From: a virus
Virus record (IMG/VR): IMGVR_UViG_3300045988_125015
Strand: one strand, 5' to 3'
Length of the DNA: 36,747 bases
The notes below the pieces were generated by a model. The model saw nothing but the letters and a program-made list of their open reading frames with translations. It had not been told where the DNA came from and ran no database searches. This document shows, piece after piece, positions 14,313 to 23,355 of this stretch. The position numbers and the translations under genes are program-made. The number at the start of each line of letters is the position of its first letter. Within the stretch, counting starts at the first letter, position 1.

Positions 14313-14543
14313 TCTACCTGGGGAAACTTTCAACAAAGCATCGCTTAAGCGATGCTTTAGCGATGCTTGTAATAAAATAAAAGAAAAGAAAATAAAAGAA
14401 ACGCCGACGCACGGCTCGTTATTAACGAGACGTGCCGGGCGTCGGGAGTCAACCTCACAAGGAAGTCCTCTCTTTGGTTCTTTCTCTGTTGAAAACTTTT
14501 TTGGGCTGTTGAAAACTCGCGACATTTGCAAAGGAGCCGGGCT
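14313..14543. promoter_or_regulatory. Highly structured intergenic region (candidate origin or late regulatory region)
   Basis: A perfect 24-bp palindrome aaagcatcgctt/aagcgatgcttt lies at 14335..14358, with a third agcgatgctt copy at 14359..14368. An A-tract block runs about 14369..14401. A nested hairpin lies at about 14402..14447. GTTGAAAAC occurs twice (14488, 14508). Confidence 0.45.
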
Positions 14544-15068
14544 GTGCTAGACGATTTCAAGGATGCTCACGAGTTGTTCGAGGCCGCGCGATCTGCCGCC
14601 ATCGAGCGCGACCATGCGGCCAAGCAGCTCGAGCGCATGCGTCACCGCACGCTTGGCGGCTCGTCATCAATCTCGGGCGGCGGTCGTGGAGCGACCAAGG
14701 ACGTCAACGGAACGGCTGCGTCAATCGCGATCGTGGATTACGAATCGATGATGCGTACCCGTCTCGTTGAGGACACCAAGCTCCTTAACCTCTGTGCGGC
14801 TCTCATTTACGGCAGGAACGGGCGAGAAGGAGTCTCTGCGGTACTTGGTAGCGAATACGCAGATGTGCTGTTCTGGCGCTATCTGAACGCCGAGACGTGG
14901 GTTAGATGCGGTGTCTTGTGCCACGTCTCGCCGGCGACTGCCAAGCGCCACGCCATGACCGCGCTCGACACCATCGACAGCATCGGCCTACACCACGCTA
15001 TCGACGGCGTGGGCCTCGGCTCAATGTCAGGAAGCATCGGGCTCAATGCCGACTACCTTAAAAGTTGA
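14544..15068 (+). CDS. Putative late-gene transcriptional activator (sigma-70 region-4 / RinA-ArpU-like)
   Basis: GTG 14544 lies 7 nt after AAGGAG. ADVLFWRYLNAETWVRCGVLCHVSPATAKRHAMTALDTI resembles a region-4-type HTH. It sits just upstream of the packaging module. Confidence 0.45.
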   Translation: MLDDFKDAHELFEAARSAAIERDHAAKQLERMRHRTLGGSSSISGGGRGATKDVNGTAASIAIVDYESMMRTRLVEDTKLLNLCAALIYGRNGREGVSAVLGSEYADVLFWRYLNAETWVRCGVLCHVSPATAKRHAMTALDTIDSIGLHHAIDGVGLGSMSGSIGLNADYLKS

Positions 15069-15222
15069 GCCGATGTGAGCCACTTTGAGCTGCTGTGAGC
15101 CGATGTGACCGGGCTTTGAAGTGATATAGATATCATTGCGATTCGCGCATTGAGACAGTCCAACCCTGCTCGATGCGCAAACACAGCGCGGGGGCGCGCT
15201 GGTGAGGATCGTGGTAGTTGAG

Positions 15223-15261
15223 GGACCGATGGGCGACAGCAGCCATCGGTCCTTTTCTTTT
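15223..15261 (+). terminator. Rho-independent terminator
   Basis: ggaccgatgg (15223..15232) pairs with ccatcggtcc (15243..15252), followed by ttttctttt. Confidence 0.7.
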
Positions 15262-15277
15262 GTCTTAGAGGTGCGCC

Positions 15278-15649
15278 GTGCATGTCCCGAGCGACAGGCC
15301 GCTCGCGTCATGGATTCGCGAGCTCTATGCCGATGACAAGATCTATGTCTTTTACAACTCGCCTGAGTGGAAAGCACTGAGGCATGAGGTCCTTGAGGAC
15401 CACGGCTTTGAGTGCGAGGAGTGCGCGGACCACGGCGTCTACGTGAGAGCCGACACAGTGCATCACGAGTACCACGTGCATTCGCATCCGGGCATGGCGC
15501 TCACTCGATTCATTGAGCTGCCTGATGGGACGAGGCGAGAGGTGCTGCATCCTCTGTGCAACTCGTGTCACAACGCCGCTCATGGTCGCTTCGACGGTCC
15601 GCGACGCAAGCCAAAGGGCAAGCCCGTGACCAAGGAGCGCTGGGACTGA
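15278..15649 (+). CDS. HNH endonuclease (terminase-associated type)
   Basis: 123 aa, GTG start. Motifs are CEECADHG...ADTVHHEYH...LCNSCHNAAHG. It lies immediately upstream of terS/terL, as in HK97-like cos phages. Confidence 0.8.
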   Translation: MHVPSDRPLASWIRELYADDKIYVFYNSPEWKALRHEVLEDHGFECEECADHGVYVRADTVHHEYHVHSHPGMALTRFIELPDGTRREVLHPLCNSCHNAAHGRFDGPRRKPKGKPVTKERWD

Positions 15650-15770
15650 GGCATAGCAGGCCCCCAGCTCCCCATAGCCCCTAATTCCGTAGGGGGCGAA
15701 CAACGGGGGGGTGTATAAGACAGAGGATTTTAAATTCCGTTTTTGAAAATCAGCGATAGGGGGTGTGCGG
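15650..15770. other. Candidate cos/packaging-initiation region
   Basis: Non-coding gap between the HNH and terS genes. It holds a hairpin ccccta/tagggg (15678..15695), a G7 run (15705..15711), a direct repeat AATTCCGT (15683 and 15733), and the inverted repeat gatttt/aaaatc. Confidence 0.35.
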
Positions 15771-16229
15771 ATGGCCGGACGAAACAAGCAGCCGGTCGAC
15801 GTGCTGACCGCGCGCGGCAAGTCGCATCTGACCAAGGCCGAGAAGGAGCGCCGCAAGGCGACCGAGTCGGTCGTGCCGGTCGCGCTTCGCGGCGTGTCGC
15901 CGCCGGGCTACCTTGACAAGTGGCCTGATATCCGTCGTGAGTTCGAGCGCTACGCCGAGATGCTGACGGCGCTCATGCCCGACAATTTCGGGCAACCAGA
16001 TGCCGACTGCCTCGCGCGCTACGTTGTCTCCGAATCGCTCTATGAGCGCTACACCTCCGACTTGATGGACGAGCACGACCCGCTCAACATCAAGAATTTG
16101 CAGATCGCCCAGGACCGTGCCTTTAAGCAGGCGCAGGCGTGCGCGTCCTCGCTCGGTCTCACTGTGACCGCGCGTTGCAAGCTCGTCGTTCCCGAGCGCC
16201 GTGAGGATGATGGCGAGGGTGAGTTCTAG
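15771..16229 (+). CDS. Terminase small subunit (P27-family-like)
   Basis: 152 aa, MAGRNKQPVDVLTARGKSHLTKAEKERR.... It sits directly before the large terminase. Confidence 0.7.
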   Translation: MAGRNKQPVDVLTARGKSHLTKAEKERRKATESVVPVALRGVSPPGYLDKWPDIRREFERYAEMLTALMPDNFGQPDADCLARYVVSESLYERYTSDLMDEHDPLNIKNLQIAQDRAFKQAQACASSLGLTVTARCKLVVPERREDDGEGEF

Positions 16230-17886
16230 CGCACGTGCGCGGCGGCACAAGCGCATCAACTGTCCCGAGATCACGACCTACATGCGCATGGTCGAGACCG
16301 GAAAGGTCAGGGCATGCGCCGAGCAGCATCAGCTCATGGCGCACCTCCGGCGAGTTTTCGCCGACGAGGAACTGATAATCGACACCGACCGCCTTGCCGA
16401 ATACAGGCATTACGAGAAGTATTTCCCGTTCGAGCTTTTCGCCTGGGAGCTTTTCGCATTCGCGCTGTTCATGTGCGTGTTCAACAAGGACGGCACGCCT
16501 CGCTGGTCCCAGGAATTAGCCTACATGGGGCGAGGTGGCGGCAAGAACGGCTTCTGTAGCTTCATCGCATTCTGCTCGACCACCAAGGTCAACGGCATTC
16601 GCGACTACGATGTCGATATCTGCGCCAACTCCGAGGAACAGGCAAAGACCTCATTTGACGACATCTGGAACATCCTCGAGAACTCCGGTCAGCGCCGGCG
16701 ATTCCAAAAAGGTTTCCATTGGAACAAAGAGGAAATCGTCTGCCGGTCGACCAACTCTCGCATCAAGTATCGCACCGATAACCCCAGATCGAAGGACGGC
16801 CTGCGTTCCGGCATGGTCATCTTCGACGAGGTCCATGCCTATCAGAACTTCGACAACATCAAGGTCTTTACGACCGGTCTCGGCAAGAAGCCGCATCCGC
16901 GCCGCCTGTACATCACGACCGATGGCGATGTGCGTGACGGCGTGCTCGACAGTCTGCTTGATAAGTCGCGTCGCATCCTCTCTGGCGAGATTCCAGACAA
17001 CGGGTTTCTGCCGCTGATCTTCAAGCTCGACACCGCCGACGAGGTCTCGGACAAGCGCAACTGGGTCAAGGCAAACCCGAGCCTGCCGTACCTTCCCGTT
17101 TTGGTGAGCCAGATCGAGCAGGAGTATCAGGACTTCCTCGACAACCCTGCCGGCAACGCCGATTTCATGACCAAGCGCATGAATCTCCCGGCGGGCAACC
17201 CCGACTACCAGCTCACCGATTACGACAACCTCAAGGCCGCATCGCGCGAGCTGCCGGACCTCTCCGGCATGACCTGTGTTTTCGGCATCGACTTCGCGAA
17301 AACCCAGGACTTCGTCGCAGCAGCGCTGCTTTTCCGCGACGGTGACGAGTATTTCGCGATCCAGCACTCTTGGGTCTGCCGAGCGTCAAAGGACTTGGCG
17401 CGCATCAAGGCGCCGCTCGATGAGTGGGAGCGTCGCGGCCTGCTCGAGTACGTCGATGATGTCGAGATTCACGCGAGCCTCGTTACCGATTGGCTCTACG
17501 AGCAGATGGGGACCTACGACATCCAAGAGGGCGCCATCGACTCATACCGGCATGCGACCTTTATGCGCGAGCTCGATTCAATCGGCTTTTCCGCAAAGGA
17601 AAAGACCGTCAAGCTCGTGCGACCGTCCGACCTGATGCAGATTCAGCCCATCGTCAATTCTGCGCTCATCAACCACCGCATCGCCTGGGGAGACGATCCG
17701 ATGATGCGCTGGTATGCGAACAACGTAAAGCTCACAGCCGCCGCGCATGGAAATTATTGCTACGACAAGATCGAGCCGAAGTCGCGTAAGACCGATGGCT
17801 TCATGGCGCTCGCCGCTGCATTCACGGTGGCCGACCGCCTGCCTGATACCTCGGAAATCGAAATCATCCCGACCATGACCTTCTAG
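16207..17886 (+). CDS. Terminase large subunit
   Basis: About 559 aa. It has a Walker-A-like GRGGGKNG, a following DE (VIFDEVH), and a C-terminal nuclease-like region. Size and position are typical. The exact start (16201-16219) is uncertain. Confidence 0.85.
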   Translation: MMARVSSSARARRHKRINCPEITTYMRMVETGKVRACAEQHQLMAHLRRVFADEELIIDTDRLAEYRHYEKYFPFELFAWELFAFALFMCVFNKDGTPRWSQELAYMGRGGGKNGFCSFIAFCSTTKVNGIRDYDVDICANSEEQAKTSFDDIWNILENSGQRRRFQKGFHWNKEEIVCRSTNSRIKYRTDNPRSKDGLRSGMVIFDEVHAYQNFDNIKVFTTGLGKKPHPRRLYITTDGDVRDGVLDSLLDKSRRILSGEIPDNGFLPLIFKLDTADEVSDKRNWVKANPSLPYLPVLVSQIEQEYQDFLDNPAGNADFMTKRMNLPAGNPDYQLTDYDNLKAASRELPDLSGMTCVFGIDFAKTQDFVAAALLFRDGDEYFAIQHSWVCRASKDLARIKAPLDEWERRGLLEYVDDVEIHASLVTDWLYEQMGTYDIQEGAIDSYRHATFMRELDSIGFSAKEKTVKLVRPSDLMQIQPIVNSALINHRIAWGDDPMMRWYANNVKLTAAAHGNYCYDKIEPKSRKTDGFMALAAAFTVADRLPDTSEIEIIPTMTF

Positions 17887-17898
17887 AGGGGAGGCCGT

Positions 17899-19053
17899 TT
17901 GAAAGCTATCGATTTTCTCGGCTTGCGCGTGACGCAGGCTGAGATTGAGCCTGCCGCCGGCAGCGGCGTCGAGTCTGAGCTTGCCGCCGCCACCTATTTC
18001 AAGGCGATCGCGCTTGCGACCGCCATCTCGTACAAGGCCAACGCGCTCGCGATGTGCCTTTTTCGCGTCTACGAGAACGGCAAGGAGGTCAACGATGACC
18101 TCTGGTATCGCCTGAACGTCGAGCCAAACAACAATCAGAATGCCGCACAGTTTTGGTGCGAGCTCGTCGAGCGCCTCTGTATGCGCGGCGATGCGCTCGT
18201 CGTGCCTGTCGGCGACAGCTTCTATGTCGCAGATTCTTACAGCCGCGAGGAGCATCCACTAGAACAGGATATTTTCAGCGGCATCGTCGTCGGCAACGCC
18301 AACCTGATCAGGAAGTACCGCGCGAACGAATGTATGTTCTTCAAGCTCGCCGACAAGAACATCTCGTGCTACGTCGAGAGCATGCTCGATTCGTACTCGA
18401 CGCTGATGGCGGCGGCGATGGCGGCATACAAGGCGACATCAGGCCAGAAATACAAGCTCGTTATGGAGCGCGGTCTGACCGGTAGCCTCAAGGACGAGGA
18501 CAAGGCCGAGGCCATGCTTAAGCGCAATCTCAAGACCTTTATCGAAAATGCCAACTCAGTATATTTCGAGACTAAGGGCTCACACCTTGAGCCGGTCAAG
18601 GTCGAGAACGCAGTCGAGCCCACCGATATCTCAGACCTACGTAAAGAGATTTACGACAGCGCCGCCATCGCATTTAAGGTCCCGAAATCGATTATGTATG
18701 GCGACATGACCAACATGGGCGACCTCGTGAACACCATGCTCACGTTCTCGGTCGACCCTGAGGCGAAGATGATTTCCGACGAGGTCACGCGAAAGAATTT
18801 CGAGCCCGACGAAATCATGGCCGGCTCAAAGGTCAAGGTCGACACGACCACCATCAAACACATCGACATCTTCGATGCCGCTGGACCGGCTTCGCAGCTG
18901 ATGTCCTATGGCGTTTTCTGCATCAACGACGTGCTCAAGGCACTCGGTTATGAGCCTATCAGCGACCCGATCGCCGACAAGCGCTTTATCACCAAGAACC
19001 TTGGCGCCGTTGAGGATGTACTCCGCGACGCGAATCAAGGGGGTGAAATGTAG
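17899..19053 (+). CDS. Portal protein (HK97-family-like)
   Basis: 384 aa (TTG start), located between terL and the prohead protease. Confidence 0.75.
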   Translation: MKAIDFLGLRVTQAEIEPAAGSGVESELAAATYFKAIALATAISYKANALAMCLFRVYENGKEVNDDLWYRLNVEPNNNQNAAQFWCELVERLCMRGDALVVPVGDSFYVADSYSREEHPLEQDIFSGIVVGNANLIRKYRANECMFFKLADKNISCYVESMLDSYSTLMAAAMAAYKATSGQKYKLVMERGLTGSLKDEDKAEAMLKRNLKTFIENANSVYFETKGSHLEPVKVENAVEPTDISDLRKEIYDSAAIAFKVPKSIMYGDMTNMGDLVNTMLTFSVDPEAKMISDEVTRKNFEPDEIMAGSKVKVDTTTIKHIDIFDAAGPASQLMSYGVFCINDVLKALGYEPISDPIADKRFITKNLGAVEDVLRDANQGGEM

Positions 19054-19904
19054 TGAAGAAATACTTTCAGCTCACAACGTCCGAGGACGGCACGACCGCC
19101 GACCTCGACATCTATGGCGACATCAGCTCTTGCTGGTGGGACGATGACGCCATGAGCGCACCGAAGCTGTCCAAGCAGCTCGACGAGCTCGGCGACGTGT
19201 CCCAGATCAACGTGCACATCAATTCCTACGGCGGCGAGGTCGCCGAGGGCCTTGCCATCTACTCGGCGCTCCGACGACACAAGGCGCGCGTGCGCACCAC
19301 CTGTGACGGCTTCGCCTGCTCGATCGCGTCCGTGATTTTCATGGCCGGTGACGAGCGCCTTATGTCGGATGCATCGCTCTTGATGATTCACAACGCCTGG
19401 ACGAGCGCATGGGGCGTCAACGCTGCCGGGCTGCGTAAGCTTGCCGACGATATGGACACCATCACGAGCGCGTCCAAGTCGGCATACATGGCGCGCGTCT
19501 CCATCACCGAGGACGAGCTCACCGAGCTCATGGACGCCGAGACGTGGATCAGCCCGGCAGACGCCGTCGATATGGGTTTTGCCACCGCCATCGAGACATT
19601 CGAGAGCGGCGACAAGGCGTCCCAGGGCGCGCGCGATTCGCTCATGGCACTCGTCATGGCATCCGTCGAGCATCGTGCCGCCACCAAGGATGACGATGAT
19701 GACCCGGACGATACCGATGACGATGACGGCGACGATTCCGGTGCCGATGACGGCAATTCCGATTCGGATGATGACGATGGCGACGATGACGGCGACGATG
19801 ACGCCGAGCCCGATGACGAGCCCGAGGACCCTGAGAAGGACCCCGACAAGAAGCAGGCTTTTGCCGGCGGCATTGCCGCATTCGCAAGCATTTTCGCCAA
19901 TTAG
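19053..19904 (+). CDS. ClpP-like (S14) prohead maturation protease with poly-Asp C-terminal tail
   Basis: INSYGGEVAEGLAIYSAL...GFACSIASVIFMAG...LLMIHNAW matches the ClpP Ser/His context. The C-terminal roughly 55 residues are almost entirely D/E/G (19690..19853). Confidence 0.8.
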   Translation: MKKYFQLTTSEDGTTADLDIYGDISSCWWDDDAMSAPKLSKQLDELGDVSQINVHINSYGGEVAEGLAIYSALRRHKARVRTTCDGFACSIASVIFMAGDERLMSDASLLMIHNAWTSAWGVNAAGLRKLADDMDTITSASKSAYMARVSITEDELTELMDAETWISPADAVDMGFATAIETFESGDKASQGARDSLMALVMASVEHRAATKDDDDDPDDTDDDDGDDSGADDGNSDSDDDDGDDDGDDDAEPDDEPEDPEKDPDKKQAFAGGIAAFASIFAN

Positions 19905-19926
19905 AACGAAATAGATAGGAGACTCA

Positions 19927-21189
19927 ATGAGCCTTATCAAGACCACCAAGAGCGCGTCCAAGATCGCCGAGGCCTTCCAGTCCGGCGACGCAAAGCAGAT
20001 GGAGAGCGCTTGGGATGCCTTCGGCAACGAGATCGCCGAGTCCATCCGCTCCGACTTCGACCTTTACAGCCAGTCCAAGGACGATCAGGTCCTGGCGAAC
20101 CGTGGCTACCGCACGCTGACCGCCAAGGAGTCCGCTTGGTACACCGGCATCGCCCAGGCGCTCAAGGGTGCCGAGTCCAAGCAGTCCTTCATCGACATCC
20201 TCAAAGATGAGAACGTCGACGACCTGATGCCCGAGACCGTCATCGAGGACGTCCTGCGCTATCTCATCGAGACCCGTCCGCTGCTCAGCAAGATACGATT
20301 CGCCAACGCCGGCTACTCGACCAAGTGGATCATCAACGATTCCACCGTCCAGAAGGGCTCCTGGGGCCCCATCGACTCCAAGGTCACCGACGAGATCAAG
20401 GGCGCGCTCAAGGTCCTCGACATCACCCAGGCTAAGTACACCGCTTTCTGCATCATCCCGCTTGACCTTCTCGACATGGGACCGGTATTCCTTGATGCCT
20501 TTATCCGCGCCGTCATGGCGGAGGCGCTCGGCTACGGCCTTGAGGATGCCATCGTCAACGGCACCGGCGTCAACATGCCCATCGGCATGACCAAGAATCC
20601 CAACGGCGACTTCAATCAGTCTACCGGCTACCCGGACAAGGAGAAGGTCGCCGTAACCTCCTTCGCTCCCGTCGATTACGGCAAGCTCGTCGCCAAGGTT
20701 GCTCGCACCGAGAAGGGCAAGATGCGCGACATCAAGGGTGTCGTGCTGCTCGTCAACACGATTGACTACCTGACCAAGGTTATGCCTGCGACCACCGTGC
20801 TCGCTCCCGAGGTCGGCGGTTACGTCCGAGATCTGTTCCCGTTCCCGACCGAGGTCATTGAGTCCAACGTGGTCAAGACCGGCACCGCCGTGCTCGGCGT
20901 CATCGATGACTACACGCTCGCCGTCGGCGGCAAGCGCAACGGCGCCATCATCTTCGATGACTCCGTCCATTTCCTCGACGATGCCCGAACCTTCAAGCTC
21001 GTCCAGCATGCTGCCGGTCGCGCATACGACAACACCAGCTTCGCGGTGCTTGATATCTCTAACCTCGACCCGGCCTATGTGACAGTGAAGAACGTCGGCG
21101 CCGCTGCCGCCGCAAATGTCGTTGCCCTGTCCGACACCTCTGCCGATCGTGCCGTTGACGATGTTGCCGAGGACCTGCCCGTAGCCTAA
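19927..21189 (+). CDS. Major capsid protein (HK97 fold, with N-terminal delta-like domain)
   Basis: 420 aa, AGGAG RBS, located after the protease. The N-terminal roughly 100 aa are helical and charged. Confidence 0.8.
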   Translation: MSLIKTTKSASKIAEAFQSGDAKQMESAWDAFGNEIAESIRSDFDLYSQSKDDQVLANRGYRTLTAKESAWYTGIAQALKGAESKQSFIDILKDENVDDLMPETVIEDVLRYLIETRPLLSKIRFANAGYSTKWIINDSTVQKGSWGPIDSKVTDEIKGALKVLDITQAKYTAFCIIPLDLLDMGPVFLDAFIRAVMAEALGYGLEDAIVNGTGVNMPIGMTKNPNGDFNQSTGYPDKEKVAVTSFAPVDYGKLVAKVARTEKGKMRDIKGVVLLVNTIDYLTKVMPATTVLAPEVGGYVRDLFPFPTEVIESNVVKTGTAVLGVIDDYTLAVGGKRNGAIIFDDSVHFLDDARTFKLVQHAAGRAYDNTSFAVLDISNLDPAYVTVKNVGAAAAANVVALSDTSADRAVDDVAEDLPVA

Positions 21190-21201
21190 AGGAGGTGGCG
21201 C

Positions 21202-21504
21202 ATGGCGCTTGTCGACAAGGTACGGCGCAAGCTGCGCGTGACCTACCGAGACGATGAGATCGATGAGCGCATAGACGAGATCATGGAGCAGGCCGACGCC
21301 GACCTCCGCTCCATGCTCGCCATCACCGAGCGCTCATTTACCTTTGAGAATGGCGGCACCGAGCAGGCGCTTTTTCTTGCGTACTGTTTTTACGAGTGGA
21401 ATGACGCACTCGACGATTTCGAAGTCAACTATACCGAGAAGATCGCCAAGTGCCGAGACCGGTGGCTGGCGGTGGAATATGCTCAAAAAGCGACCTCTGC
21501 CTAG
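21202..21504 (+). CDS. Head-tail connector (gp6-like)
   Basis: 100 aa, acidic, with AGGAGG RBS. It is the first gene after the capsid gene. Confidence 0.55.
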   Translation: MALVDKVRRKLRVTYRDDEIDERIDEIMEQADADLRSMLAITERSFTFENGGTEQALFLAYCFYEWNDALDDFEVNYTEKIAKCRDRWLAVEYAQKATSA

Positions 21505-21835
21505 CTATAGCGACGGCGTTGTGGGAATCTACACCGAGACCCGCGCGCCGTCATCTTTCGGCGCGAAGCGCAACCCGAGTGTCCCATACGACCTCGATGC
21601 GCTCGTGCGCCTTTTCTTCCGCTCATGTTCAGTCCGTGATCAGGATTACGAGGTCTCAGAGCGCCTTGGCTTCACGTGCAGTGCAAAGGTCTGCACACAC
21701 AACATTCCGGCGGTAAAGCCTGGGATGAAAGCAGTCATCGGCGCCACGATTTACGGCATCGCCCACATCGACAGGACCAATACGGAGATGTATCTCTACC
21801 TTGAGGGAGGCGTGCCGTATGTCGACGCCCGATAG
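21479..21835 (+). CDS. Head closure / head-tail adaptor protein
   Basis: 118 aa from ATG 21479. VGIYTET...RDQDYEVSERLGFTCSAKV...IYGIAHIDRTNTEMYLYLE fits the SPP1 gp16-type adaptor pattern. Confidence 0.5.
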   Translation: MLKKRPLPSYSDGVVGIYTETRAPSSFGAKRNPSVPYDLDALVRLFFRSCSVRDQDYEVSERLGFTCSAKVCTHNIPAVKPGMKAVIGATIYGIAHIDRTNTEMYLYLEGGVPYVDAR

Positions 21836-22187
21836 CACGCTTGACCGCATCCGCGATGCGCTCGCCACTGTCGACGATGTCGTTTTCTACGGCACCGCCG
21901 CCGGACTTAAGGAGAGCGAGCCGTGGGACTACACGGTCTTTTCCCGCGAGGAAACACGCGCAAAGGACAATCTGACCGGCTTCACGAACGTGTATTCGGT
22001 CGCGATGGTGCGTGAGAGCTATGTGCCCGATGGTGCCGCCGCCGAGGTAATCGCCGCAATGACAGCAATTCCCGGCATGCGCCTGGACCACGGCACTGCC
22101 ATCGGTTACTACTACACGACCAAGCCCGGCACAAAGGACGTCGTTGAGATGATGACGCTCCGATTTGTCAAGGCGGTCAAGTCGTGA
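21819..22187 (+). CDS. Neck / tail-completion protein
   Basis: 122 aa. The call rests on position and size only. Confidence 0.4.
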   Translation: MSTPDSTLDRIRDALATVDDVVFYGTAAGLKESEPWDYTVFSREETRAKDNLTGFTNVYSVAMVRESYVPDGAAAEVIAAMTAIPGMRLDHGTAIGYYYTTKPGTKDVVEMMTLRFVKAVKS

Positions 22188-22588
22188 GCGGCTGGGCGTT
22201 TATCGGCGAGGCCGATTTCGCCGCCGTCACCGTGGCGGCTCAGCAGTATCCCGATAATGCAGAGCGAGCCATCAACGAGGTATTGCATAACGAGGCGGGA
22301 CCTGTCATCTACCGGGGAATCAACCCGCTCATCCATGCATCAGGCAGGACTTTTAAAGGGCACAAGGCATCGGCTAAGGTGTCCGATTGGCCCGAATACC
22401 GCACGAATGAGAATCTTGCCGTGACGGTTGCCGCCAAAGGCAACTACCAGTACCTCTACTTTCCAGATGACGGCAGCAACACCAACAGGCACGCCGGCAA
22501 CCAGCAATTTTTCAAGCGCGGAGCCGAGTCGGTAATCCCGAGGATTGTCGAGCGCTGCGTGCAGGCAATTACAAGTGAATGGAGTTGA
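22184..22588 (+). CDS. HK97 gp10-like neck / tail terminator protein
   Basis: 134 aa, GTG start overlapping the upstream stop. It lies directly before the major tail protein. Confidence 0.4.
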   Translation: MSGWAFIGEADFAAVTVAAQQYPDNAERAINEVLHNEAGPVIYRGINPLIHASGRTFKGHKASAKVSDWPEYRTNENLAVTVAAKGNYQYLYFPDDGSNTNRHAGNQQFFKRGAESVIPRIVERCVQAITSEWS

Positions 22589-22589
22589 G

Positions 22590-23150
22590 ATGGCGATTAA
22601 AACGACCGTCTTTTCTGAGTATGAAGTGCGCGAGCTCGTCGTGAAGCTCGGCACCGAGACGTGCCCGATCGGGTGCATCGGCTCCCTTGAAGAGGAGACC
22701 GAGGTCATCCAGATCACGAAGAAGTGCCGAGGCGTGGTTGCAAAGAAGCGCACGCGCGGTACCGGTAGCGGCACGCTCAAGCTGACCGCGCACATGCCCC
22801 GAGACCTCTACAACCGCCTTATGGCCATGAAGTCCGACAAGCTCAAGCCCGGCGTAACCGCCTATGGCCGCTCGTCTGTGCACCCGGAATTCGTGCTGAC
22901 CGGTCGAGTCTTTGACGAGGACGAAAAAGAGAAGCTCAAGGCATGGCCAGTCTGCGTGATGAACACCGGCCCCGCATCCAAGGTCGAGAACGGTGCCGAG
23001 GAGGTTGCCGAGCTCGAGGTCGAGATCGGATTCTCGCCGGATGAGAACGGTTTCGGCCATTACGAGTGCGACCTCGAAGATGCCACCGAGGACGTAAAGA
23101 ACGCCTGGATGGAAAGCTTCACCCCGGAGCTTGTCAAGGCGGCTGAGTAG
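22590..23150 (+). CDS. Major tail protein
   Basis: 186 aa from ATG 22590. It precedes the chaperone pair and the tape measure gene. Confidence 0.65.
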   Translation: MAIKTTVFSEYEVRELVVKLGTETCPIGCIGSLEEETEVIQITKKCRGVVAKKRTRGTGSGTLKLTAHMPRDLYNRLMAMKSDKLKPGVTAYGRSSVHPEFVLTGRVFDEDEKEKLKAWPVCVMNTGPASKVENGAEEVAELEVEIGFSPDENGFGHYECDLEDATEDVKNAWMESFTPELVKAAE

Positions 23151-23152
23151 CC

Positions 23153-23308
23153 ATGGCGACCAAAAAGGTGAAAGTCCAGGTTCTAAAGGCCTTTATCGAC
23201 CGTCGCTCGAAGCGCGTGCACGCCGTCGGCGATGTGCTCAACATCACCGAGAACCGCCTTGCCGAGATTCGCAAGGCCGACCCTGACCTCGTCCAGGAGA
23301 TTAACTAG
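23153..23308 (+). CDS. Small hypothetical protein (51 aa)
   Basis: Translated by eye as MATKKVKVQVLKAFIDRRSKRVHAVGDVLNITENRLAEIRKADPDLVQEIN. It is too short to appear in the ORF track. Confidence 0.4.
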   Translation: MATKKVKVQVLKAFIDRRSKRVHAVGDVLNITENRLAEIRKADPDLVQEIN

Positions 23309-23313
23309 CCGAT

Positions 23314-23337
23314 GCCGGGGCGCTTTTGCGCCCCGGC
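23314..23337 (+). terminator. GC hairpin (attenuator-like, no clear U-tract)
   Basis: gccggggcgc tttt gcgccccggc, located after the major tail module. Confidence 0.35.
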
Positions 23338-23355
23338 CATTATGGAGGACGCGAA

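Noticed and set aside
13869-14531. Minus-strand 220-aa ORF spanning the DUF4373 gene and the structured intergenic region
   Set aside because: It runs through the palindromes and A-tracts and lies antisense to a gene with a recognisable DUF4373 motif. It has no supporting signals.
19035-21009. Long minus-strand ORFs 19035..20045 (336 aa) and 19924..21009 (361 aa), antisense to the protease and capsid genes
   Set aside because: Their translations are low-complexity and rich in G/V/D/R/L, which is typical of shadow ORFs in GC-rich DNA. The plus-strand genes have clear ClpP and capsid signatures, RBSs and operon context.
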